Shown: positions 11,919 through 24,399 of the stretch, piece by piece | Layout of the letters: each line of letters opens with the position of its first letter | Position numbering within the stretch: position 1 is the stretch's first letter | DNA from: Coniocarpon cinnabarinum | Taxonomy: Eukaryota | Assembly: GCA_051942205.1 (NCBI GenBank) | Contig: JAVECO010000053.1 | Location: 1 to 64,000, forward strand | Direction of reading: 5' to 3' | Length of the DNA stretch: 64,000 nt | Notes under the pieces: model-generated | The model's input: the letters and a program-made list of their open reading frames with translations, nothing else | Told to the model about the DNA's origin: nothing | Databases searched by the model: none | Position numbers and translations under genes: made by a program

Positions 11919-14900
11919 TCACATGCCCACGCCCTGCAAAGCAAACCCAAACAACCCCCCCATATCCACAAACTGCCGACCATTGCGTTCAAGATACCCC
12001 TTAACCACACCCCTCACAGTCCCAAACCTAATGCGATTAACCTCCGCTAGCACTTTAATCTTCTCACTCTCATCCGCGTCTTTACCTTCACTTGCTTTAC
12101 TCGGCACCGCTCCCGCCTTCGCAACCCTCTCAACATCAAACGCCCGCTCATAAAAGATGAGCTGGTTCCACACATGGCCTGCGCTCATTTCCCAGCTCAT
12201 GCGGCCCAGACAGCCGCGTGCTAATCCTTGTGGACCCAAACACCGATGGCCGTACACGGACATTTGACGGGTTCGGTTCCCGCAAGAAGGATCGTCGCAT
12301 ATCAGCCAGCCTTCGTAGTAGCGCGCTAGAAGAGCCCGGATCTGTGCTTCGACCTGTGCGACGATGGTCAGATTACGGAAAGGAGTTTTGCATGCTGTGC
12401 AAGTGATGCCGGCATGCGTGATTAGACTCTGGCTATCTGCGTCGAGAAGTCCGCGATACGTCAGTCGCTGATGACACGACAGGCATTTAAATGTGAGAGG
12501 ATCGCAGGCGGCGAAGCGAACATGGTCTGGGACTTGAGAATCAAGCGGGCGTATCTCAGTGTCCTCCTTGTTTTCTGAGGCGCGGCTGACGCGGTATTTA
12601 CTCGTGTCAAGACCAAGGCATTCTGCGAGTCTCGTGACATTCGTAAGGGAGACTGGGGCGCAGAGACGTTCCACGGGCGGTAGAATCTGCTTGTGGAGGT
12701 AGTAGTCGATGTCTGGCTTGAGTTCTGTATCTGGACGGAGACAGTCTTCTTGGGGCATGGCGTTGGAGGCGGCAGACTCTTGAGAGCCGTTGTTGGTGCC
12801 AGTGATGACAAAGGACATGACGTCTTTAGCTCTGACGGCCTTACCGCGTGCGATGAGTTTGTTGGCGACTTGAACGGAGGGCATTGACTTGGCATGAGGG
12901 TACTCGGAGGGCGCCTTGGAGAGCTGCGTAAAAATGATGTATTTGTGCATAGGAATATCGAAGCTGCGCATGCGGGTGGCGAGGTCACGCAGGTGCGCGT
13001 GGATTTTGGAGACGGTGGTTTCGGGGTCTTCGCCGGAGAGGAGGAAGTTAAGCAGTGTGGATGAAGTCTCCTTCGAGAGTCCGCAGTATTCTCTTCGCCG
13101 CATGTCGAGACCTTTGACTTCGAGTTTCTCGACGTAGTTACCGTCGATTTCAACCATGTTGATGGCCGCATACTTCTTCTTCGCGTGGAGAAGAATGCGT
13201 CGAAAGACGTTGTCAATGTCAATCTCGAGCAAGCGATACCTGCCATTGATGGCGTCTTTGAACTCGTTACCAATCTTGATGGCATCTTTGATGGAGTCGG
13301 AGTTGGTGTTGATCATGACAGAGTCGGTATCACCGTATATGACTTGCAAGAGGCGTTGTTCTGCAACTTCCTTCGTCGAGCGCAGGATCTCACGTCCTTT
13401 GAATGTCGTAAGCATTGCAAGCGGACGAGCGTAAAAGCGTGACTTGGTGTAGCCTAGACACCCATACATGGAATTCGCTGTAAGCTTGAGAGCGAGCTGC
13501 TTGATGTCCCAGGTGGCCAGTTGATCTGCGGTTGCCTGCTTGTCCTTCATAAGCTTCTTGACCTCGCGTCTGCGGCTAACGAGTGTTGCAATCAGCCGAG
13601 GAAGAACACCTTTTTCCTGCTCCTCAGAAGGTGGCTCAGGAACTCGCTCATCCGTCTCCGAAAGATGCGATCTGTTCACCGTCGTGAAGCAGATGTTATA
13701 TTCCTGAATGATGGAGGGATACAGCGAGTTGAAGTCCATGACCAGAACACATCGGTCGTAGAGGCCTTTTTCAGGTTCAAACACAAGTCCACCCTGATAC
13801 TTGTCCTTCTTTTTGTTTTCTGCTGCGTCCCCGCCGTCTTGAGCAGGCTCTTCTTCGTCGAGCTTCGACTTTGGTTTGTTGAAGACTTTGTCTGGGCAGA
13901 TGTATTTGTTGCGATGAAACTCGTGAAGCAAAATGTATTCGTTCCGTTCCGCACGGGTGCCCGTGAGCGTGCGGGCCCACGAGTTCCCAGCTAAGTTGGT
14001 TAGCACCTTGGTCAACGGAAGCATTTGAACTTTCAGGGCGATTGCAGCAATGAAGAACGTGTCAGCCTCGCAGTGTCGCACGTAGTTCATCAATCCCTCG
14101 CGAGTTGACGCCCAAGTCCGCAGCGCGGTTTCGTTGTCAATGTCTCTACGCTTGAAATTCTTTCCAAGGACTAGCTCGCACATCTCAGCAAGTGACCAGG
14201 ACTGGCATTTGGTCATGAGAGACTGGAAACGATTAGCTCATCTCATCCGCTGAGAAGGTTGAGAACAGTCTTACTTTGCCCATGTCATTACCGAGATCCA
14301 CCATTAAACGTCCTGCAACCAATTGTCGTTCGCTGAAAAAGCTGTTCCCGCCTTTACCTATGTTTTTGGGCCACTCACTTCTTCGCAAACGCCCAATGCG
14401 GTGCCAGCCAGGCGTCTTTCGCTCTCTGAATCTACTCAAAAGTACGCTGTAATCTAAATCTTCGAGTCGATGTCCAACCAGTACATCGGGATCAAATCTC
14501 TGCATCTGCGCAAGAAACCAGCTGAGAAGTCCCTGCTCGGATCGCTCGAGCCTGACCACTCCTTTATGTTTTTCTGCTTCCACCTTGAATCCCATCGGGA
14601 AATTGTCACCAGGTGGTCGAATCACTGTTAGTGTTTTGCATGGCATTTTCTCAGCTGGAGTGATATCTGCCAGAGACACGTTCTCATATATGCGAGCACT
14701 AGCCATGACAATTTCTTGCTTGTTTTCGGTCTGATTCATTGATGTTCTGAGAGCGAGACTCATTAGGGTCATTGGAGGTGCTTCGAGATTGTCTGAGTCA
14801 CCCAGCGTGCATATATCTGCGGGCTTTCCCACCTGCACCTCGAGTTTGCACCATGAGGCATTATTGACTGCAGTGAAGCTTGCATCGTCGATCTTTAACC

Positions 14901-16529
14901 AACAAGGGCCCATGATATTTTTCCAGAGCACGAATTGCTCGAAAATGGAGGTGTTTGTACCAAGGACGTGGGAGAATGTCTCGCCTTTAGTATCAATCGC
15001 GAGTGCCGGCTTGTCATACGGATAGAGTAACTTCAGATACTCTGCTTCACGAGGAATGTCAGATACTTCAAAGGCATACTTCCGCAAACAAGGTTTAATC
15101 TTGTGCATGCCCACACGCATCCTAGACATGAGATTGTCGACCTCTTCAAACACATCACCCATCTCGACCTCCTCTGGAAGCTCCCTCCCGTTCTTATGGC
15201 GATGCTGACGAGGTAGAAAGAAAAGTTTCCTCAGAATGTTGTCGACTTTGACGAAACAGCTGACAAAAGAGTTGTTTTTCTTGTTCTTGACCTTACCAAA
15301 TAATAGTAAACTTCCATTGAGCTCGGTGTAGTCCACCCAGAAGAAACGCAAACTCCCATCTTCCTCCAAGGCATCTTGAGATGCAAGCTTACCAGCGCCA
15401 ACGGATTCGGTGGGGGGACTGCTGACCACATGAAGTCTGTTGGTGATGTCGTTCCAGGATGATGCGTCAATCTGAGTGTCCGCAGTCGGGCGAGGTGGGG
15501 AAGAGCTCTCCGGTGTAGGGAGGTCTGACTGCTCTTGTTTCTTGGGCTTCAAGGCTGGTCGAGATCCAGCAATGTTGACACTCGTAATGTTCGCAGCTGA
15601 ATGACCTTGAACCTGGCTAACCTCCATCATGTCATCCTCGTCTCCTGAGACATCTTCCTGCTGGTTGGCAGCGTGGTTCCTCCGCTCGACGGCGCGGGTG
15701 ACTGGCGATGAGGGTAAAGGAGGGTCACTCATGGGTGAATCGTCACCAGCATCTTCAAGGGCTGGAAGAGGATCGTCGTTGTCAGGCAATTCATCTGACA
15801 CGGTATCTATCATTTGAATGGGCTCCGACGGTCGAGCTGTAGTCTTGTGTTGTCGAGATGCTGTCAACGGAGGTGAGAGCACTCGAGTCTTTCGCCGGAC
15901 ATCGTCCTTCACTGGCCGTCTTAAAGCTGGCTTTCGGCCTGCAGCAACATTGACGTTGACTTCTCCCAGGAGGTCCGCCATGAACGCTGCATCTTCTGCT
16001 GTCGTCGCAGCCTATTGCGCGTCAGCAGAAGCGCATTGAAGGCTGGTGTTGGCGAGCCAATGCTTTAACAAACCTTAGGTTTCACAGGAGCTGTGGCTGG
16101 GTTTGCGCTGAAGTATTTACCAATGCCCGCGTCGACCTTGAGCTGATGCTCTCTGTCCGTTTCTCGCTTGCGTTTCGCTAACACTCGATCAATCGTGTGA
16201 AGACAGCACAATTCTCGCCACAGCGACTCACTGCCCTTGCTCTGACGCGGGAGCTCAGAGTCGCTCTCGCTTTCTTCTGTGAAGTATTCATGCTGCTCCG
16301 CTTGCCAGTCTTCGCGACCATCATCGGTGTACCCCTCGCCGGTGTCGCCAACAACGAAGTCGTCTTGGTCCAGTCTGTTGCGTACGATCTTCTTGTACCC
16401 TTCATCGTCGACTTCGTCGTAGACATTTTCCACGTCGTCGACTTCATAGGTGGAAATCCGCGTTTTTCCGGAGGCACGGAGGGCACGCAGCTCAGCAAGC
16501 CTCGCAGCAGCAGACTTGTTGGTAGGCAT
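11919..16529 (-). CDS. POL1: DNA polymerase alpha catalytic subunit
   Basis: Family B motifs MDFNSLYPSII, KLTANSMYGCLG, YGDTDS and KKYAA, plus a C-terminal Zn finger. Pol-alpha-type N-terminus (RLAELRALRASGK, DDFVV). Three introns at about 16.2, 16.05 and 14.25 kb. Confidence 0.97.
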
Positions 16530-16620
16530 TGCGTGCAGAAAGGGCGTGTGTGTTTGTGTTGAAGGGAACGGGGCAGCAACTCTGTCCCAGGGAGCTCGAC
16601 ATGCATACGTTTGAGGGTTT

Positions 16621-16663
16621 ACGCGTGCACGCGTGGTGACGCCCTTCGCGCTAGTGACGCGAC
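16621..16663. promoter_or_regulatory. MCB (MluI cell-cycle box) cluster upstream of POL1
   Basis: ACGCGT at 16621 and 16629, plus ACGCGA at ~16657, about 100 bp upstream of the POL1 ATG. Confidence 0.65.
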
Positions 16664-17213
16664 TTTCCTCGGGGACGTCGATGCAATGATGTTCCGAGAA
16701 AGATAGCAGCCACGTGACCGTCGAATCTGGCACGTGTCTGGTCATCAGTCTTGCTGAAGTCTTTTCGAATGCCTTGCTCTCGCCACCCAGGATGCTCTCT
16801 CGCGTTCTGTCCGAGACTGACCGACTCGCAGGACCTGGTACTTGCCTTGCAAGTGTCGAGGCCCGCAGTTATGCGCTACGTTCGTGTCTAGAAACCCGGC
16901 AGGCTGATTCACGTTGAGTATATTTTCTTAACATCAGCACATTACTCGTTGACATCGCCGTCAATCCAGACAGAAGCTCGCGTCAATGTTGAAACTTCTT
17001 TTCGCAAGCGAATGACCTTTCGCCAGACCGCGTGATATCTCGATGTCACTGACGCCAGATTGGCACTTGGCAATGGGATGGATGTCATGATATTTACCGT
17101 CATACCCGCTCGCACAGGAGCAATGCTCAATTGTTGTCAAGCATGGCCGCACCGATGCTGCTGCACTGAAAACAGACATCTGCTATTCCTCAAGTTTGGT
17201 TGGGGCTCACAAC

Positions 17214-17684
17214 ATGCGTCCGGTCACCGCTCGAGACATACGATCTTTTGATCCCCGGTTCGTCGCAACATTTGAAGTCCACATACATCCGGACACATTC
17301 TCTGATCACACCGATCTTTGGCGTCGCTACCTTCTCATCGAAGTCCCTCGAATATTCGGCGCAATGAATATGCACATGTCATGTATCGCCGTCACCAACG
17401 CGAATCGCACGGAGTGGAACATCATCACCTGCGAAATGCCACGAAGGTACAATCCCTTTCTTTCGCGACGAAGCATCCGACGAGTAGCGCAAGTCCTGTC
17501 GAACATGTCGCTTGAGCCACTGGAGCCACGATCGCAGCTTAGAATCTTTTCACCAAGAGATCGAAGAAAGCTGAAGCCTGCAGACCCACAACTGATGCCA
17601 CCAACGGCTATCGGCGCCTCAACCCCAAGCTTACAGAGCGAAGCAGCGACTATCGAAAGTTCAATAGGTGTAGACTCGGGTTGA
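17214..17684 (+). CDS. Possible orphan hypothetical protein
   Basis: ~156-codon open frame with plausible composition. No recognisable family; upstream exons uncertain. Confidence 0.25.
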   Translation: MRPVTARDIRSFDPRFVATFEVHIHPDTFSDHTDLWRRYLLIEVPRIFGAMNMHMSCIAVTNANRTEWNIITCEMPRRYNPFLSRRSIRRVAQVLSNMSLEPLEPRSQLRIFSPRDRRKLKPADPQLMPPTAIGASTPSLQSEAATIESSIGVDSG

Positions 17685-18288
17685 TGGTCTTGCACGATAA
17701 GAGCCTCGCAGGAAGGTGCTTGCCGCACTGTGATCCTGCATCTTGTAACGCACAGCGGGCTTTCGCTATGGTACTCATAGCTCTGTAACCCTATTGTCTC
17801 TTTTTGTCTATGCTCGCTGCCTGGGCTGAATTGCAGTATCCACTTCTGTCCGCAACCCTTGCGAGCTAGTTCGAACTGTTGCCTATTGAGGGCATGTGCA
17901 ACCGTTGATTGCATTCTTGCGTGCCCTTCAGGAGCGTAACAGGCGCACACGATTCACACATGATGAGGTCTCCCGTGCTATCGCAATGATGATCGACGTC
18001 CGTGACGGCCGGCCTTGTACCTCCGTTCGGATCGCAATTTGATTAGGTCCGTTTTACGGCCCTGGGGCATGACTCGCAATCAGATCACCCACGTTTTAAG
18101 TCAGCCTTGCTAGTACGTTCATTATCCCCTCTCTTCCTCATGCATCGCGCAGACTTCCTCTTCCTCATCCGCGTCCCTCTAAACACGACGATAGAGTCCG
18201 TTCACCAATGATTGCCTAACGTAAAGGCTTCCTCGGGGTTTGCTAGGTTCTAGATTTGTTTGAGCTGCTTCTTGTCCCCAAGCACAAG

Positions 18289-19046
18289 ATGGGACTCCTC
18301 CGCACTACCCTCGCCTTCACGGGCTGGAGCTCACTGGCGGTTGCTTCGACTTTTGTTGCTCTGACTCGACGGTCCAAAATACATCCCTTGCCAAGGAACG
18401 ATTATTTGCTCCAAACCGGCTTATACACCCGATACAACCCCAAAAAGGCCCCAGCAATGCATGATGCTTGCGTTCGTCACTTGCCTATTGATCAGATCAA
18501 GCCAGAGCTTTTGGAGCGGCAAGAACAATTGACTGAGGCGTTTTGCGCCGGCGTATGGTCAGGCTTGGGGTACGCGTTTCAAAGGCGCTATCTAGAAATG
18601 AAGTATCGGGATGACCCTTTCGCGAAAGGTACGTACCTTTAGCCCCATGTTGATGCAGAGGCTGTCATGTAGATGGCGCCTCTTGCTAATCGCCGGCAGA
18701 TCACCTGTGGGATCGCTCAGCGCTCGCTTCATCTTCGTACGAAGTAGGCACCAACATTACTGATCATTTCGAAGTCGTGTCAAAAACACCCGACTCCATC
18801 ATCATGCGCGCTGGTGCGTCACCTCGAGTGCAAGAGCCGAGGTCGGATGATGGACTCTTTGAAATCAGCACGCAGATGAACAGGGACGAAGGCGTGGTGG
18901 TCTTCAGTCTCAAGAGTGTGTTCTTCAACAGTGTGAAAGGGCACGAGACACCAGACAAGGCGCCCTTTCCCTGGGTCGCCGTGAAGCTGCACCAGGCCTA
19001 TGCCAAGATTCTTATGGAAAGCGCAGTCCAGACGATGTCCAAATGA
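18289..19046 (+). CDS. Conserved fungal hypothetical protein
   Basis: Two exons (intron 18629-18699, GTACGT..CTAAT..CAG) give AFCAGVWSGLGYAFQRRYL..DHLWDRSAL..TDHFEVV..DGLFEI..LHQAYAKILME, which resembles an uncharacterised Pezizomycotina family. Confidence 0.7.
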
Positions 19047-19653
19047 TAACAGAATTTTAGCTGTTGAGAAACGTCTCGACAACAGGGTTTAATGGCAAGG
19101 GTCACGGACAGAAGTCATTCCCGAATGCCAGTCCCGGCCGCAAGCCTCTATAATGAGGACATGTAGGCTCGCCAAGCTATGGTATAACGGCGAAACCCCC
19201 ATTCAGCTTGAAGAGTGCTGAAATATCTTCGGGCAAGTTCTCTTGCTCATGGCTCTTGTAGGTACTGTAAATGTAGATACGTTCAGATCTCGGGGCCCCC
19301 GACCACCAGCAGGCAACTCGAGATTTTTGAGCTCGGTCACGAAGATGGCAAGGACTCATTGGTGTATTCTCTTGTTACCAGCGGCGATTAACAGTTCACG
19401 ACTTTCCGGGAAGGGTCTCAACCGAAAGTCGGTGCCGGATATAAGTGCGGGCGGCGAGCCGGTACGACCACCAATATTTGAGTCGAAAAGCTATGGACAC
19501 GATGGCGCAAACCCCTCTGCCACATAAGTTGTTGGAATAACATACGGCAAGTGCTTTTCTACTTGGGACTTGCGGCCTGGTCTTGCTCGACCTTGACAGC
19601 ATTGCGCCAACTGGACGATGCTGCAAAGCAACGCATACATACGGGCTTGCCCT

Positions 19654-21051
19654 TCACCTGCGTCCAACATCGCCTGCCGTCAGCTGCGCAAGGTGCTGAT
19701 CCAATTCACGATTGCGCTGAGCGCTCTGGTCAGGTAACGGCGCACGAGTAGGCCAGCGCAGTTTTCCTTCAAATAACGGTACAATATCTGCTCGTGCAAA
19801 AACGCCTTCGGTACTAAGTCTCAGGCCGTTCGCGAAACCGGAAGAGTCAAACATGAATTGTTGAAGCTCCGCGACTGTGCAACGCCGCCTCCGAATGCCG
19901 TCGATGGAACCTGCTTGAATTGCTGACAGGATGAAGCACGTGGCTGCAGCTATCCACATCTTTACATCTCTGAAAGATCTACTACACGCGCCTCGCCGAA
20001 ACTCGATGGTGTTGCAACGCTGTTCCACATTCCAGAAATTCCACCCCCAGTACTTGGCCTCATCAGGATGCACAAGATCCAGGAATTCCGTGACAGTTTG
20101 AACCTGCTCGATGTCGTCGATGGCCTGTTCTCGCGTATGGCTACGAATGAGCGCAAACATCATGTTGTCCACATAATTACTTCGGGCGTATCCTGTTCCT
20201 CGGCGCTCGTCGGGCATTATGGCTTCCCATGCAGGCTCCCAGTAAATGACAGCCTGCGCGACCAGCTTTAACTCGCTGAGCGTAAAGTTTCGCTTCTTTG
20301 AGACATGGACGTGTGTGCTGCAAAATCTATTACCGGTGATGGAATAATTAAACTCTAGCCACTCCATGGTCTTTTCAACGATCATCCGCCAGTCTGTGGA
20401 ACGCAGGATCGGTGAGATAATTTCAAGAGCAACTTCCAATCGTCAGCGCACGACACTTTAGACTTCGGAAAGCTGGTGTGAGACAATGGGAGGTTCACAG
20501 ATGAATTCAAACCTCTTGAATGACGCCAGGCTGTCGAAGTGCTAGGCAATACGAAAGGCTGCAAGTGTGATTGGTGACATACAAGGCGCATGAGTCTGCG
20601 AAATTGATCCTATTGATTCATCTTTGTCTAGGCACCAGAAGTCATACGTCTTGTTTTGCTGTGGGGTAGAATCAAAGACGCGACTCAACATGCGTCTGTC
20701 AGTCTTTTCCCAGGACCTGCTATCCAACCACCGATTGTATTGCTTTGCGAGACAGTCCGCAAATTCGTTTAGATCGGCAAATTCATGATCGTCACGCGCC
20801 TGATGACTGCCTGGTATCGCTAATAGCGACAGCGCAGCCGCGCCCCGCGGATCGAGCAGGACCTCCAGCTCGCACCCAAATGCAAAGTCTCTTCTGGGTC
20901 CTCGAGGTCGCTGAGGAGTGGCGTTCACTTCTCGCCGCGTCGCAAAGGCTTGACGAAGTCGTTCTGCCACATCTGATATGCGTCCCCTTGGTCCATACGG
21001 ATCGCGGGGCGTTTGTGAGGTCCGACGGTTTCCATGAGGGCGCATTGCCAT
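19654..21051 (-). CDS. Putative amidoligase (Amidoligase_2 / COOH-NH2 ligase type 2, glutamine-synthetase-like fold)
   Basis: Motifs in the expected order: FGCELEV, W-x3-D-x-SI, EIISPIL, CSTHVHVS, KYWGWNF, TIEFR. Intron 20582-20433 (GTATGT..GCTGAC..AAG) joins HAP|F-ALEIISP in frame. Confidence 0.8.
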
Positions 21052-21620
21052 GAGGTGGCCGAGCGGTCATTTTCAGAAAGGTAGGTCATATTCAAAGAAA
21101 AGGACTTCGTGTCCTCTGGGGTAGGACTAACATCTCTAAATTGGCCACTTGCAGTACTGTTCATTCCAGCAAGTATCACTCTAGATCCATCGAACCATAA
21201 TCATCCTTCTCTTCGCGCGTTGTCTAAAGCTCTACTCGTTTCCCATTGCGGCTATCAGTTTTCAGCTTGTTGCGGTCAAGATCATAGCGAGTTGAACAGC
21301 TCTCTGTCTTTCGCCCAAAGAACTGGCTCACATTTTGGTCTTTGGGCGATGAGTACTGATATTCAAAGCATGCGGCAAATAAATGGCCGTGCCAAGAGAT
21401 ACGTATGGTAGGCGGGCATTTCGATGATCACTTGAGTTCGGATGAGGAAACTATCCTATGGCATTGCCGAGCACCTGACTTGTAAAACATTTGGTGCTTC
21501 CTGGCCAATACTATCTTGTCCGCCAACTGGACTGTAATGGTCATGTACTTTGAAGGGCTGTTCTCCACTGAGCGCCACCATCTGGTATGCACAACTTGCC
21601 ACCCGCTCCAGTCGAGAGCT

Positions 21621-22163
21621 ATGCACGCAAATACAGAGCAGAGCAACAGTGGATCATCTCAAATTAGAGAAGCTGCAGCAGAAGCTCAAAGTCAGCGACA
21701 ACTAGAAAGCCAAAGTCAACGAGGGCCTGTGCCTGAAGGATTTGCGCGCAATGTTCAGGATCTGCCAGAGCGATGGTGGTCAGCCGGTGTATCCAGTGGG
21801 CAGGACAGCTCAGAGCAGTCCATCCCCGCTATCTACACGCCCAAACAGATCTTCCTCTACGACCAGATGACGCATCCCGGGAGTCTGAGGAATGTCCTGG
21901 GCTCTTTCTGGCTACCCCGACTGCAGAATGCTCGCGTCTATGGCTATGCGCTTGTATCTCGCGAGCAACGTCTGGTCCTTAAGCGAGTACCTGGCCGTGA
22001 GTATACCGTACCTGGTAAGGCGGCCTACATCACGTCGCCCATGAAAGAGGAGAGGTTACAGCAACACTACGCGAACCTCTCACTGAAAAGATGCTCCATT
22101 CACATCGACACACGGCCCCCGATCGAAGGCTGGACGTTCGTTCTAGCAGAGACGCACGATTGA
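21621..22163 (+). CDS. AIG2-like / gamma-glutamylcyclotransferase-fold protein (degenerate motifs)
   Basis: IFLYDQMTHPGSLRNVLG..PRLQNARVYGY..TVPGKAAYITS..ERL..CSI..IEGWTFV follows the fungal AIG2/GGACT pattern (FFYGTL..P..L..VL..P.L..A...GY..V.G..Y.V..RL..YE..C.I..G.TF). Confidence 0.6.
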   Translation: MHANTEQSNSGSSQIREAAAEAQSQRQLESQSQRGPVPEGFARNVQDLPERWWSAGVSSGQDSSEQSIPAIYTPKQIFLYDQMTHPGSLRNVLGSFWLPRLQNARVYGYALVSREQRLVLKRVPGREYTVPGKAAYITSPMKEERLQQHYANLSLKRCSIHIDTRPPIEGWTFVLAETHD

Positions 22164-22873
22164 TGCATCGAACGTCGTCCACGGGTTGCCAAGTGGTCGC
22201 GGATTTGGATGAAGACTTCTGAACCCCAAGATAATGCCAATTGTTCAAGAATGGCACCTGACGTCCAACAATTGAGTTGGAGCAGGTTGAGGGGAGCGTC
22301 ACCAGCTCCCAGTCCAGATTCACAACACGTTTCGCAGTGCCTTTACCAGTATGCGACGTTTCCTCATCAATAAGTACACGTAATCGATCCATTGCCGATG
22401 TTGCCGAAGAGATGGCCCCCATGTCTATCAACTTTGGGGCGGCGTCTGGGTAGGATCAGAAGGAAGGGGCCAACACTACACCACAACAACGTGGTCTTTG
22501 CCTGTATGCAAAGTTGTCAGACATAGCGTCATCGCTGTGAAGCTAGTGGCCAACAGTCGTGGCCCCACGGTCCTTGCTAATAGCCTTTAAACAGCTCTTA
22601 AAACAGAAACGGCTGCAAACTTACTTTGTAAAAGCGAGGCTTTTCAAAATAAAAAACAGGTACACTACCTGAGTCGAATTTGAAGTGATTGACTAGATTT
22701 GTGTAGAATACGGCGCGACTACTACGTGCAAGGTGTGCTGCATCCCACTAGCGGTAACGACTTAGGTTTGAACGGCTGTCGTTACTCACAGTCCTTCTTA
22801 AAGACCAATTGATCTGTACTCGAGCGCGCAGCGTCTCCCTAGAAGAGGAGAGTGTCGGCTTTGCAAACGATAA

Positions 22874-23614
22874 ATGTCGGAATACGAAGCTGACCAATGG
22901 TTCCCACAACCGATTTCGCATAAAATTCACAGGGATGTACATCGAGATGAACATGGAATAATAGACTACCATGAACCCTTCGGTGACCTCAGGCACGGGC
23001 TCTTCGTTTACCGAGATCGGCGCAACCCTTCAGGATCACCTGTTATGTACAGAGGAGACCAGAATCGGCACTGGTGGCAACATCTGCCGAAGGTGCCCGG
23101 TGTCAGTACCAAGCCGTATCCAATCGTCAGACCCAGCGAAGGCAAGCGAGAACACCCCGTCTTGCTGCAGCACCTCAATGGTCTCTGCGACGAGATCTCC
23201 AATTACCATCAAAAGGTCGCAGAGGCAAGCAGTGGCGCAGCGGTCAGCATCGTGTCTGCCGCGCAAACATATCTCCGTCAAATTGTGCAACAGCCATCAC
23301 AGAACGAGGCACGCAAGCTTAGACACGATGCGGTGTTGGAATATTGGCCACAAGAGCTTCCTCGCCCCTCTCAAGACAGAGCCATCTTGGCCATCTTGTT
23401 TCTAATGGATGGAGCATTCCAAAACCGCGAGGGGAGGCCCGCTATTGATGTCAAAGAAAACGACAGCTTAAGAAGGCAGAGTATACTCGAGTTTCGTCCT
23501 CCACAAATCAGGGACAGCGATGTGAAGAGAAAGCCGCAGAGGACTGAACAGGAGTGGAACGAAAAGGAGGAGCGTGCCAAGAAGCGACTGAAAGGCGAAG
23601 TCCTACACAGATAA
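22874..23614 (+). CDS. Tandem family member 1 (uncharacterised helical domain)
   Basis: 246-aa ORF containing DRAILAILFLMDGAFQNREGRPAID..RR, a motif shared with four downstream genes. Confidence 0.65.
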   Translation: MSEYEADQWFPQPISHKIHRDVHRDEHGIIDYHEPFGDLRHGLFVYRDRRNPSGSPVMYRGDQNRHWWQHLPKVPGVSTKPYPIVRPSEGKREHPVLLQHLNGLCDEISNYHQKVAEASSGAAVSIVSAAQTYLRQIVQQPSQNEARKLRHDAVLEYWPQELPRPSQDRAILAILFLMDGAFQNREGRPAIDVKENDSLRRQSILEFRPPQIRDSDVKRKPQRTEQEWNEKEERAKKRLKGEVLHR

Positions 23615-24399
23615 TTTTGAAAGGTATTCTGTTTGCACACTGATATTGTGGCATTCTCTTCTACTCATTGTCTAATCTAGTGCAGCTGCCCGCAAACGAG
23701 ACGGTATATTCTGCAAAGCATGCCATTTTCCAAATCATCAACGTCTGCACACTTCCCAGTAAGCCAAGGAGGGCGATTACTGATAACGTGCGTTCTCTTT
23801 GCAGATGCTCAGATTCGAATGTTGATAGAGGACCCACGTCTTGTGACATTGACGCCATTCTAATACGCATTCAGTGCTATGTCAAGCTCCTACGCACACT
23901 CACCACTTATTGCCAAAGTACACCCATCGATGGCCATATTTGTGAGTAATTAAACGCTGCTATCGAATTATTGCCGGCGCAGGCATTACCATGAGGTAGA
24001 TCAGTGTAGTCGAGCATGAACAAGGACGTTCATCTAGTCGGGGCGTGTCCACGGAAACAAAACAGTGACGTGTGCTATCCCGGGAATACCACATCAAAGC
24101 TTAATCACCCATCTCTCGGGTCTGTAGAGCGGTCATGGAGCTAGCCATAACTCGTGTATGCTGCGAGATGGGCGAATTCGCGACCCGTCTGCGTGTGACA
24201 TCTCACAACGCGAAGATGGGGCTGATGAAGCGACCCGCTCGCGCGAAACGCTCAATCTGTCATTTGAGGCTATTTTGGCGACAAGCACGACGTGTCAACA
24301 GCGAAGTTGTCTGGCAGCGTGAAAGACGGTTTGTAAAGAAGGAGGCAGAATCCACCTCCTACGATATTACAATCTCGTTGATTGTAAATCACAGTCGAC

